This document shows positions 46,998 through 55,864 of a stretch of DNA of 64,000 nucleotides, in pieces (the stretch's first letter is position 1; every line of letters begins with the position of its first letter). The notes below the pieces were generated by a model. It saw only the letters and a program-made list of their open reading frames with translations. It did no database searches and was not told the origin of the DNA. A program made the translations under genes and the position numbers. Origin of the DNA: an uncultured Alphaproteobacteria bacterium (GTDB lineage: Bacteria; Pseudomonadota; Alphaproteobacteria; HIMB59; GCA-002718135); the NCBI GenBank assembly GCA_902560725.1, contig CACEMR010000005.1, positions 3,287 through 67,286 on the forward strand, in the 5' to 3' direction.

Positions 46998-47693
46998 TTA
47001 TCTTCTAAATAGAGCTAAAAGTATAAATCTTAAATTTATTATACTTCTTATAGATGCAGCTAAATAAGTAAGTGCTGCAGCAGTTAAAACTGATCTACAT
47101 TGTTTTAAATTTTCTTTTGGTACATATTTATTTAATATTGGCAGTGCTTTTTTGAAACTAGCATCTATTTCAGTAGGCAATGTGATTAAATGAATCAGAA
47201 CATTTGTAGAAAAAGATGCAATAATTATTAAAGTCATTAATAATACTATAAAGGGACTTTTAGTTAATGCAAATATAGATGGAACTCCTATAATAAGAAC
47301 TATTGATCCTATTTTTTGAAGTACACTTGTTTTTTTAATTAGTGATATTCTTAAATTTAGTAACTTTGAATTTTCTTTATCTTGTATGGCATGCCCAATT
47401 TCATGAACTATAACAGCTAAACTAGTTATACTTTTTCTTTCATATATACTCTCAGAGATATTGATTTCCTTTTTTTTTGGATCATAATGACAACTTCCAA
47501 TAGGTAAATCTTTAATTGAATTAATAGGAATTTCTTTGATATTATTTTCTTCTAAAATTTTCTCTCCTAATTCTTTGCCAGAAAAGGGCATATCTTTAAA
47601 AATTTTATTATGTTTTTTAAAATTATATTTTATCCATAAATCTGGTAAATAAATTAACCCTAAAGGTATTAAATATAAAAATATTTTAATCAC
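46998..47693 (-). CDS. YugP-type membrane zinc metallopeptidase (Zn_peptidase_2)
   Basis: 231 aa. HEIGHAIQ zinc motif between an N-terminal TM and C-terminal TM helices. Confidence 0.8.
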   Translation of the reverse strand: MIKIFLYLIPLGLIYLPDLWIKYNFKKHNKIFKDMPFSGKELGEKILEENNIKEIPINSIKDLPIGSCHYDPKKKEINISESIYERKSITSLAVIVHEIGHAIQDKENSKLLNLRISLIKKTSVLQKIGSIVLIIGVPSIFALTKSPFIVLLMTLIIIASFSTNVLIHLITLPTEIDASFKKALPILNKYVPKENLKQCRSVLTAAALTYLAASIRSIINLRFILLALFRR

Positions 47694-47897
47694 TTAATTT
47701 AAAGATATAAAGGGTATATTAATTGATTTTGATTTATAAATTTTTTTTAAGCCAAATTTACTAGACAGATTAATGTATCTTTGTTTATTAGGCAAATTTA
47801 CCGTTTTAAAATGAATGTTATCATGACCAAACATAGATTTTTGGCCATTAAGTTCATATAATTTTTTATAGATACTAGATTTATTTTTTATGACCAT
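47694..47897 (-). CDS. Hypothetical basic small protein (67 aa)
   Basis: Its stop abuts the start of the peptidase gene (0-nt gap). Lys-rich, no recognisable family. Confidence 0.4.
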   Translation of the reverse strand: MVIKNKSSIYKKLYELNGQKSMFGHDNIHFKTVNLPNKQRYINLSSKFGLKKIYKSKSINIPFISLN

Positions 47898-47900
47898 ATT

Positions 47901-47984
47901 TTAATAAAAAAATAAAATTGTTAAATTTAATGCCAAAAAAATAAAAACAATTGCAATTGCTGCATATAAGTTTCTTTTATTCAT
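47901..47984 (-). CDS. Possible 27-aa single-TM micro-protein
   Basis: ATG 47984 ... TAA 47901 encodes MNKRNLYAAIAIVFIFLALNLTILFFY. Its stop lies 3 nt before the next gene start. Found by eye, below the ORF-track cutoff. Confidence 0.2.
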   Translation of the reverse strand: MNKRNLYAAIAIVFIFLALNLTILFFY

Positions 47985-48028
47985 AAGTATTTATATTAAA
48001 TTAAATATTAAAAAGTCAAGTTAGTAAA

Positions 48029-48886
48029 TTAATTTAACATTAATGATTTCAAAAAATCTAAATTTTCAATTAATCTTCTTAATTCACCAGGATCTAAGCC
48101 TTGTAAATTTTCTTTAAATAAATCTTGATAATCTAAAGTGTCGATACGATCAGTGTATATTTCTTTTAAAGATATAGTGTTTGAATTATCATAATCATAA
48201 TTTCCAATTAGAATTTTTGATAATGCTGGAAAAATCAGAGAGGTAGTAGTGTATGTAGCAAATCCAATATCTCTATCTTCTTCAAGTTTTTTATCTATAA
48301 ATGTAAAATAAATAACTATTCTTGCAGCACGAGTTAGTTCAGCAACTGATAGTTCATTGTCTTTTGATACGTCAAGAAAACTAAAAGTTTCATTTATGCA
48401 ATTAGATGGATTTGTATCATTGTTACAGGTTTCTATAAGTTGCGAATTCATTAAACTAATTATTTCTCCATAAATTATTTGATATATACTTGGTATTGAC
48501 TCACATTTTTCATAAGAAGAATACTCTGATGAATTTAAAAAAGAATAATCTATCCCATCCCATTCTTCAGGTGCTGTAATTTCTAATAATTGATTTCCAT
48601 CTTTTTTTAAAAAATAATAATAACTACCATCTAGTTCTCCCCATTTATATGCTACCCAATCTTGAACTTTAGAAGTTTTAGAAATATTAAATCCTACATA
48701 AGTTTCGTCTATCCACATACTAGTATTATTGGAAATAATAAAAACTTGATATTCCGATTGACAATCTTCACTCCAAATTCCCTGTAAATTTTTAGGAAAA
48801 TTATCTTCAAAAACTAATTCAGCATTTATTTTAAATGATAAAAAACAAATAATTATAACTAAAATTTTTAATAAATTAATTTTCAT
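48029..48886 (-). CDS. Secreted protein with two EF-hand-like Ca2+-binding loops
   Basis: 285 aa with signal peptide MKINLLKILVIIICFLSFKINA. The loops DVSKDNELSVAE (nt 48338-48373) and DYDNSNTISLKE (nt 48161-48196) fit D-x-[DNS]-x-[DNS]-x-x-[ILV]-x-x-x-E. Confidence 0.55.
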   Translation of the reverse strand: MKINLLKILVIIICFLSFKINAELVFEDNFPKNLQGIWSEDCQSEYQVFIISNNTSMWIDETYVGFNISKTSKVQDWVAYKWGELDGSYYYFLKKDGNQLLEITAPEEWDGIDYSFLNSSEYSSYEKCESIPSIYQIIYGEIISLMNSQLIETCNNDTNPSNCINETFSFLDVSKDNELSVAELTRAARIVIYFTFIDKKLEEDRDIGFATYTTTSLIFPALSKILIGNYDYDNSNTISLKEIYTDRIDTLDYQDLFKENLQGLDPGELRRLIENLDFLKSLMLN

Positions 48887-49385
48887 ATGGCATTACTCTA
48901 ACATCATCACCATAAATAATAACAACACGTTGACCTTTAGCAATTGGATTTTTATCGCCTTGAACAAAAGCTTTATCTTGATCACTCTCACAATTAGTTA
49001 AATTTTCACCACACTTATCAATATTAATAATATATTGAAATCCATCATGATTTCCAATTTTTGCTTGTATTACTGAACCTAATGCAGCACCCCCAATTGC
49101 ACCATAAACTATGGCTATGTCTTGACATTTTGTACCTAAAACTTCTTCTTGACCACATATTTGAGTTCCTAATAATCCACCAATCATTGCTCCTGCTGTT
49201 GCACCAATCCAATCACTTTCTCCTTTTATCTTTACTGGGAGTGAAGTTTTAATTGTTCCATATTCTATGTTAGTAATTTTTTGGGCATCTGATTTTTTAA
49301 CATTATCAGAAGATGTGGTATTGCAAGAAAATAGAGACAAACTAAGTACTAAAATTATTAATAAATTCTTATAAATTTTGAACAT
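48876..49385 (-). CDS. Glycine-zipper outer-membrane-type lipoprotein
   Basis: 169 aa. Lipobox LSLFSC. Glycine zippers GATAGAMIGGLLG and GAIGGAALGS. Confidence 0.6.
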   Translation of the reverse strand: MFKIYKNLLIILVLSLSLFSCNTTSSDNVKKSDAQKITNIEYGTIKTSLPVKIKGESDWIGATAGAMIGGLLGTQICGQEEVLGTKCQDIAIVYGAIGGAALGSVIQAKIGNHDGFQYIINIDKCGENLTNCESDQDKAFVQGDKNPIAKGQRVVIIYGDDVRVMPYEN

Positions 49386-49479
49386 TATATTTTAGATTAT
49401 AAATTAAAATTGTCTAAAATAAGTAATAAAATACAATAAAATCTTAAAATTAGAGAATAAGTTACTATCTTAACTTTAA

Positions 49480-50958
49480 ATGAATAGCTTATTTATGATA
49501 CTTGGAAATCAATTATTTCCTATAAAAAACCTTGAAGATTATAAAAAATCCATTTTTTTCATGTGTGAAGATTATGGTTTATGTACGTTTCAGAAGCATC
49601 ACAAACTTAAATTATTGTTGTTTTTATCTTCAATGCGCTCTTATGCAGATCAGCTTAAAAAAAATAAATTTAAAATAAATTATCTAGATCTAAACAATGA
49701 TTTCAAAGTGCCTTACGAAAAAAAATTAGAAATTTTTATAAAAAAAAGTAAAATAAACCAATTAGTTTCATTTGAAATTGAAGACAAATTTTTTGAACAA
49801 AAAATAATGTCCTTAACAAAAAAACTTAAAATTAACTGGAAAGTAATACCTTCTCCAATGTTTTTGAATTCCAGAGATGATTTTAAAAACTACCTATCAA
49901 AAACAAAAAAACCATTTATGGCTAATTTTTATAAAATAGTGAGAACAAAAACAGATATATTAATGGATAAAGGTAAGCCAAAAGGAGGAAAGTGGAGTTT
50001 TGATTATGATAATAGAAAAAAACTTCCATCATCAATTAAAATACCAAATATGATAAGTGCTAATGAAACTTTGCACACACAGAAGTTAAAAAAAGAAGTA
50101 CAAAAGCATTTTCCAAAACATCTTGGTGATGTAAATAATTTTTGGCTTCCAACGACTTATTTCGATGCAATTAAATGGCTTGATCATTTTATTGAAAAAA
50201 AATTTAATTTATTTGGAGACTATGAAGACGCTGTAGATACAAATAATAATTTCTTATTTCATAGTGCATTGAGTCCACTTATTAATTTAGGATTAATAAC
50301 ACCTGAAATTATTATTGAACGTATTAAAAAAGTAGAAAGTAAGATTAAAATTAATTCCTATGAAGGTTATGTAAGACAAATAATTGGTTGGAGAGAATTT
50401 ATTAGAGGTATTTATCAAAACTATGAAAAAGAATTAGAAAATAAAAATTTTTTTAAACATAAAAATTCTTTAACTCAAAGTTGGTATAATGGATCAACAG
50501 GATTAGAACCTTTAGATTATACTATCTCAAATGCTATTAAATTTGGATATTCTCATCATATTGAACGTTTAATGATTATTTGTAACATAATGAACTTGTG
50601 TGAGATTGAACCTAAACAAGTTTATAATTGGTTTATGGAAGTGTACACTGATTCAAGTTGCTGGGTTATGAGCCCAAATGTTTATGGAATGGGATTATTT
50701 TCGGATGGAGGAATTTTTAGCACTAAACCATATATTTGTGGATCAAGTTATTTTAAAAAAATGATGAATTTTAAAAAAGGTTCATGGAATGATATTATGG
50801 ATGGTTTGTATTGGCGATTTATTAATAAAAATAGGAAATTTTTTCAAAAAAATCCTAGATTAAATATGATGGTAGTGATTTATGATAAAATGAAATCAGA
50901 AAGAAAAAATAATATAATTAAAAAAGCAAATCAGTTTATTCGTGATAATACAAATTAA
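49480..50958 (+). CDS. Cryptochrome/photolyase-family protein, 'photolyase-related' (prokaryotic 6-4 / CryPro-like) class
   Basis: 492 aa. Pattern typical of COG3046-type proteins (F.HSALSP..NLGL..P, GWREFIRG, HIERLM, SPNVYGM, GG....KPY). The cysteines of the usual Fe-S site appear absent; see findings. Confidence 0.8.
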   Translation: MNSLFMILGNQLFPIKNLEDYKKSIFFMCEDYGLCTFQKHHKLKLLLFLSSMRSYADQLKKNKFKINYLDLNNDFKVPYEKKLEIFIKKSKINQLVSFEIEDKFFEQKIMSLTKKLKINWKVIPSPMFLNSRDDFKNYLSKTKKPFMANFYKIVRTKTDILMDKGKPKGGKWSFDYDNRKKLPSSIKIPNMISANETLHTQKLKKEVQKHFPKHLGDVNNFWLPTTYFDAIKWLDHFIEKKFNLFGDYEDAVDTNNNFLFHSALSPLINLGLITPEIIIERIKKVESKIKINSYEGYVRQIIGWREFIRGIYQNYEKELENKNFFKHKNSLTQSWYNGSTGLEPLDYTISNAIKFGYSHHIERLMIICNIMNLCEIEPKQVYNWFMEVYTDSSCWVMSPNVYGMGLFSDGGIFSTKPYICGSSYFKKMMNFKKGSWNDIMDGLYWRFINKNRKFFQKNPRLNMMVVIYDKMKSERKNNIIKKANQFIRDNTN

Positions 50959-51335
50959 TGAAATTAACGCACGTAGTTGCAGCTATCATAATTAAAAATA
51001 ATAAATATTTTATTGCTAAAAGAGCAAAAGGGAAGCACTTAGAAAATATGTATGAATTCCCAGGTGGTAAACTTTATACAAATGAAACACATGAAAAAGG
51101 TTTGAAAAGAGAAATTAAGGAAGAACTTGATATAGAAATAGATATTATAGACAAAATAGGAGAAGAAAATTTTAGTGATAATATAATAAATGTTAAGATT
51201 CATTATTATATTTGTTCTCATAAAAGTGGGAAAATAACTCTTAATGAACATCAGGACTCAGCTTGGGTAACTAAAGAAGAATTTAAAAATTACGAATTTG
51301 CTGAAGGTGATAAAGATATAATTTCTTTACTATAA
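50958..51335 (+). CDS. Nudix hydrolase (MutT-like)
   Basis: 125 aa. Nudix box GGKLYTNETHEKGLKREIKEELDIEI (Gx5Ex7REUxEExGU). Confidence 0.85.
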   Translation: MKLTHVVAAIIIKNNKYFIAKRAKGKHLENMYEFPGGKLYTNETHEKGLKREIKEELDIEIDIIDKIGEENFSDNIINVKIHYYICSHKSGKITLNEHQDSAWVTKEEFKNYEFAEGDKDIISLL

Positions 51336-51429
51336 TATTTATTTAACACCTATTAATATTCACAGAACTTAAGGAAATAAATCATATTACTAAACATTAC
51401 TTTAATTTAGTGATAAATGAGCGCGATTT

Positions 51430-52137
51430 ATGAAATTAGATAAAGATCAAATTTCTGCGTGGGGAGTTCACGCATTTACAGGCTCCGGAGCAATTCTTGG
51501 TTTTTTAGCACTTGTATCAATATTAAATAATGATCAGGTTGGAAGTTTTCTATGGCTTGGAATGGCTTTACTTGTTGATGGTGTTGATGGAACATTGGCT
51601 AGAAGAGTAGGAGTAGAAGAGAAAGCACCTAATCTTGATGGTATAATATTAGACTCAATAATCGACTACCTTAACTACGTAATAAATCCAGCACTGATGA
51701 TATATTGGTTTCAAATGGTACCATCTGGTTTTGAATTGATATTACCAGCATTAATTTTTGGTGTTTCATTGTATACATTTATAAATGTAAATATGAAAAC
51801 TGAAGATTATTATTTTCAAGGTTTCCCAGCAGTATGGAATGTAGTAGTTTTATATTTTTTTATTCTTAATACTAATGAATGGATAAACTTAATAGTAATA
51901 GTAATTTTATCGATATTAACTTTTGTTCCTTGGAAGTTTGTTCATCCGTTAAGAGTAAAATCATACAGGAATTTAACCATATTTTTTACTGTCATTTGGG
52001 CGGCTACTACATTAAGACTTGTAACTAAATCTGAATTTAATTTAATTATAAATGATACAATAGTATTATTAATATGGTTAATTTGTTCTGGATATTTTAC
52101 ATGGATGTGCTTTATTAGATCAATTAAAGACTATTGA
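51430..52137 (+). CDS. pcs: Phosphatidylcholine synthase (CDP-alcohol phosphatidyltransferase family)
   Basis: 235 aa. LLVDGVDGTLARR, IIDYLNYV, MKTEDYYFQGFPAVWNVVV and FVHPLRVK are colinear with rhizobial Pcs as I recall it (LLVDGIDGPIARK, VIDYVTYV, MKTDEYFFSGFPVVWNMVV, FLHPVRVK). Confidence 0.85.
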   Translation: MKLDKDQISAWGVHAFTGSGAILGFLALVSILNNDQVGSFLWLGMALLVDGVDGTLARRVGVEEKAPNLDGIILDSIIDYLNYVINPALMIYWFQMVPSGFELILPALIFGVSLYTFINVNMKTEDYYFQGFPAVWNVVVLYFFILNTNEWINLIVIVILSILTFVPWKFVHPLRVKSYRNLTIFFTVIWAATTLRLVTKSEFNLIINDTIVLLIWLICSGYFTWMCFIRSIKDY

Positions 52138-52181
52138 TTAATTAATATTTAAAAAAAAATATTATCCTATAGATTTAAAAT

Positions 52182-52580
52182 ATGGAAATTGAGAAAATAT
52201 TTAAAAACTTAATTTTAATAGATTTTGTAATTTTAATTCTAATTGTAATTTCATCTTTTTATCAATCTAATCAATATTCAGAAGTTTATCAATATTTAGA
52301 TAAAGGTTTATTTGCAAATTATGGAAATTTTAAAAGTATTATTTCTATAATTTTATTTTTTTTATATCTATTTACTTTAAATTTACTTTATCGTTTTATA
52401 TATTATGGAAAATCACTTTATTTATTCATAATAGTAGCTGGTTTGTTATTAAATTACTTTAATGGTTCTGTTATATACACTGCGTATGGAGGTATACTAG
52501 ATCAAATAGGTGGCATTATAAGTGGGGCAATTTTAGTATTATTATATTTTTCACCCGTAAAAGAAAATTTTAATAGATAG
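52182..52580 (+). CDS. Hypothetical membrane protein (4 TM)
   Basis: 132 aa, hydrophobic, no recognisable family. Confidence 0.5.
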   Translation: MEIEKIFKNLILIDFVILILIVISSFYQSNQYSEVYQYLDKGLFANYGNFKSIISIILFFLYLFTLNLLYRFIYYGKSLYLFIIVAGLLLNYFNGSVIYTAYGGILDQIGGIISGAILVLLYFSPVKENFNR

Positions 52581-52722
52581 ATATTTCCTAGTTTTTTAAT
52601 AATTATTAAGTATTTATTTCAATTTTTTTATAAAATTATATAATATTGATATTCAGTTTGGTCACTAGCCTGAAAACTTAATTTAAGTTCAGAGAAAAAA
52701 GGCCCAAAAAAAATAATGAAAA

Positions 52723-53115
52723 GTGGCTCGTATATTATCTAAAATAATTGTTGCAATGCTAGCTTTATGGGCCGCTTTCATCGTAATATCAGAAATAGCA
52801 GGTGTAACTGTTTTTTTTCCATTTAATTTTGTAGAAACTGTTGAAATTCCATATCATAGAATGCAGGCAGTTCGTCTATCAGTATTTTTAACTTTTATAT
52901 ATTTTGGAGTTTTGTATATTTTTATGCAATCTGAAAAATTGTATCCAATCCAATTTTTAGATATTTATATTAAATCTATAACAATTTGTTCTTTATTTAT
53001 TTTTTACTCTCAAAATGTATCTTTTAGAGAATACTACTTCGTATTTTTCTTTTTTGTTGTATCTGTAATATTACACTTTGCTTCAAGAAAAAAAATTAGA
53101 AATTATTTTAATTAA
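52723..53115 (+). CDS. Hypothetical membrane protein (about 4 TM)
   Basis: 130 aa, GTG start (uncertain), hydrophobic, no recognisable family. Confidence 0.45.
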   Translation: MARILSKIIVAMLALWAAFIVISEIAGVTVFFPFNFVETVEIPYHRMQAVRLSVFLTFIYFGVLYIFMQSEKLYPIQFLDIYIKSITICSLFIFYSQNVSFREYYFVFFFFVVSVILHFASRKKIRNYFN

Positions 53116-53139
53116 TCAATTTTATAATTTTATTATTTT

Positions 53140-54318
53140 TTATTTGATTAGCATATTCGTAACCCATTTTGCAAAATGATGAGTTGGATTATCCAAAACT
53201 GGAGAGAAGTTACCTCCATTATAAATTGGGGAATTTCTACCTTCTTGCATTCCTTCAATGATCTTTAAATCTTCAATCATAATATCTTTCCATTGTAGAA
53301 AATTCTCTTTACGGATTTTTTTATATTTATTTGCAAATGCTGCTTTTTCTCCAACATAATAAATTTCCATATGTTCGCGAGTTTTATTATATTTAATAGG
53401 CTCAAGCCAAAATGCATAGTAATGATCTTTATGAAGAGCAAGCATTACGTTTGGAAATAGAGCAACGTATTCTGCATATTGTTGTTTATTAGATTTCCAT
53501 GAAGGAAAATTTGGAAAAATTTCTTTATTCTTAAATCTTGGATTGTAAACTGTAGTTCCTTGACCTGCAAAACGATTTGGTAAACCTTGGATGTGATAAT
53601 GATCATCAATTTTTGAATATTCATTTAAATTTGGATGAACAAAAGGTAAATGATAACTTTCACAATAGTTTTCTATTGCAAATTTCCAATTACAATTAGC
53701 TTCAAAATTAAAATAACCATAATCATTTGGTTTAGTAACTAATTTAAAATCATCTTTTGATATAAATCGAGACCATCTTTTTTCTAATGGTTTTATATAT
53801 TCATAAAATGGAATAGCATTTCCAGAAAGGTTAACAAAAATTAAATCTAACCAAACATAGGACTTGACTTCTTTTAATCCACTTTCATCTTTCCTAAAAT
53901 CATCATGATTATGAATATCAATGCCTCCTATATGGGGTGTTGCAATTAAATTACCATTAAAATCATATGACCATGAATGATAAGGACATCTAATTATTTT
54001 TTTTAAACTACAATCTTCATTAATTAATTTATAACCTCTGTGACTACAAACATTATGAAAAACTCTTACTTTCTGATCTTTATCTTTTAATATAATTAGA
54101 GGTATGCCTAATAGATTGAATGTTTTTATATCTCCAGTTTTTGCAATAGAACTAGATGTACCTATAACTACCCAATTATTTTCAAATATTTTTTTTCTTT
54201 CAATTTTATTATATGGACCGTCTAAATAACATTCATTAGGTAATCCATGGGCTTTTTCAATAGATTTTAAAACTACAGATAATTTATTTTCATCAATATA
54301 ATTATAGATCTCACTCAT
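53140..54318 (-). CDS. Rieske [2Fe-2S] non-haem-iron oxygenase, alpha subunit (choline monooxygenase/GbcA-like subgroup suspected)
   Basis: 392 aa. Rieske motif CSHRGYKL-x-CPYHSW (C-x-H-x17-C-x2-H). Mononuclear iron motif NWKFAIENYCESYHLPFVHP. Confidence 0.85.
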   Translation of the reverse strand: MSEIYNYIDENKLSVVLKSIEKAHGLPNECYLDGPYNKIERKKIFENNWVVIGTSSSIAKTGDIKTFNLLGIPLIILKDKDQKVRVFHNVCSHRGYKLINEDCSLKKIIRCPYHSWSYDFNGNLIATPHIGGIDIHNHDDFRKDESGLKEVKSYVWLDLIFVNLSGNAIPFYEYIKPLEKRWSRFISKDDFKLVTKPNDYGYFNFEANCNWKFAIENYCESYHLPFVHPNLNEYSKIDDHYHIQGLPNRFAGQGTTVYNPRFKNKEIFPNFPSWKSNKQQYAEYVALFPNVMLALHKDHYYAFWLEPIKYNKTREHMEIYYVGEKAAFANKYKKIRKENFLQWKDIMIEDLKIIEGMQEGRNSPIYNGGNFSPVLDNPTHHFAKWVTNMLIK

Positions 54319-54345
54319 AAATAAATAGAAGCTTATTTCTTATAT

Positions 54346-55032
54346 GTGATAAAGGAAACAAAATTTATGTTAAAAATTCTCATTTTTATATTAACACTAA
54401 AAAAAATACCAGAATTACAATGGAGTTCTAAATATGAATATAATTTAAAACCAAAAAAAATAACAATTTTTTATTTAATATTTGGATTGATTTTATTTGG
54501 TTTTGGTGAAGCATTATTAGTTACTGCCAGTATAGGTGTTAGCCCATGGTTTGTGCTTCATCAAGGTTTAGCTTTTAAGACAGGTTATACAATTGGAATT
54601 ACAACATTTATAGTAAGTATAGTGGTATTATTACTTTGGTTTCCTCTTAAACAAAAACCAGGAATTGGAACTATACTAAACGCAATTTTAATATCTGTAG
54701 TAATAGATCTTTCATTATTTATTTTACCATATCCAAAAGAATTTTTGTTTCAATTTCTTCAAGTTATAATTGGCATATTAATTATAGGTATTGGTAGTGG
54801 GTATTATTTAATAGCAAATTTAGGTCCTGGTCCGCGTGATGGACTAATGGTAGGTTTATCAAAACAAACTAATCAATCAATAGCTTTTGTAAGAACTATT
54901 CTTGAACTTTCAGTTGTAGGAATTGGTTTTCTTTTAGGTGGAATAGTAGGCATTGGAACAATTATATATGCTATTTGTATAGGTTTTTCTGTTTCGCTAG
55001 GTTTATTTTTGGTAGGAAAATTTTATAATTAG
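54346..55032 (+). CDS. YczE/YitT-like integral membrane protein
   Basis: 228 aa (GTG 54346, alternative ATG 54367). 5-6 TM. GPGPRDGLMVGL motif as in YczE-type proteins. Confidence 0.5.
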   Translation: MIKETKFMLKILIFILTLKKIPELQWSSKYEYNLKPKKITIFYLIFGLILFGFGEALLVTASIGVSPWFVLHQGLAFKTGYTIGITTFIVSIVVLLLWFPLKQKPGIGTILNAILISVVIDLSLFILPYPKEFLFQFLQVIIGILIIGIGSGYYLIANLGPGPRDGLMVGLSKQTNQSIAFVRTILELSVVGIGFLLGGIVGIGTIIYAICIGFSVSLGLFLVGKFYN

Positions 55033-55041
55033 TTATAAATT

Positions 55042-55812
55042 ATGACTTACCATTTTAAAAACATCATAGTAAGAAAGCCTAATAAAAGCATCCAAAATGC
55101 TTTAAGTTCTCAAAATATAAATCCTGTATATAAAAATATACTTGAAGAACATACTAGCTATCTTAAAACTATTAGCGCATTAGGTTTAAAAATAAACATC
55201 TTAGACCCATTAGAAGATTTTCCAGACAGTATTTTTGTTGAAGATCCTGCTTTAATTTACAGATCAACATGTATAGTTTTAAACCCAGGAAATAAAACTA
55301 GAAATGGAGAAAAATCAATTATTAAAAAAGAAATGCAACAATTTTTTAATAATATACTTTCTGTAGAAAAGGGGTTTGTAGAAGGCGGTGATGTTTTGAA
55401 TATTAATCAAGATCATTTTATAATTGGAATTTCAAATAGAACAAACAAAGTAGGTGCAGAAAATTTATCAAAACTGCTTCAATCACTTGGAGCTTCTGTT
55501 AAAATATGTGAGACACCTAAGAATGTACTTCATTTTAAATCTGAATGTAGCTTTATTGATGATGATGTAATTTTAGTTAGCAGTAATATGGCACAAATTG
55601 AATATCTAAAATCAAATTATAAACTAATTAAATTACCAATTGGAGAGGAAGGCGCTGCCAACACTTTACGCATTAACGATAAATTATTGATACCATATGG
55701 ATTTAATAAAGCTGAAGAAATTTTATCAAATAAATATAGTATAATTAAAATTAAAGTTGATGAAATATCAAAGATTGATGCTGGATTAAGCTGTATGAGT
55801 CTCAGATGGTAA
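55042..55812 (+). CDS. N(G),N(G)-dimethylarginine dimethylaminohydrolase (DDAH; guanidino-group-modifying enzyme fold)
   Basis: 256 aa, colinear with Pseudomonas DDAH as I recall it. HFKNIIVRKP, FPDSIFVEDPAL, VEGGDVL, HFIIGIS.RTN, VLHFKS, and C-terminal catalytic-Cys motif IDAGLSCMSLRW (compare IDGGVSCMSLRF). Confidence 0.85.
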   Translation: MTYHFKNIIVRKPNKSIQNALSSQNINPVYKNILEEHTSYLKTISALGLKINILDPLEDFPDSIFVEDPALIYRSTCIVLNPGNKTRNGEKSIIKKEMQQFFNNILSVEKGFVEGGDVLNINQDHFIIGISNRTNKVGAENLSKLLQSLGASVKICETPKNVLHFKSECSFIDDDVILVSSNMAQIEYLKSNYKLIKLPIGEEGAANTLRINDKLLIPYGFNKAEEILSNKYSIIKIKVDEISKIDAGLSCMSLRW

Positions 55813-55864
55813 ATTTATAATAAAAAATATAGACTTTTTGTTTATTCAAAACTAATTAGTAAAT

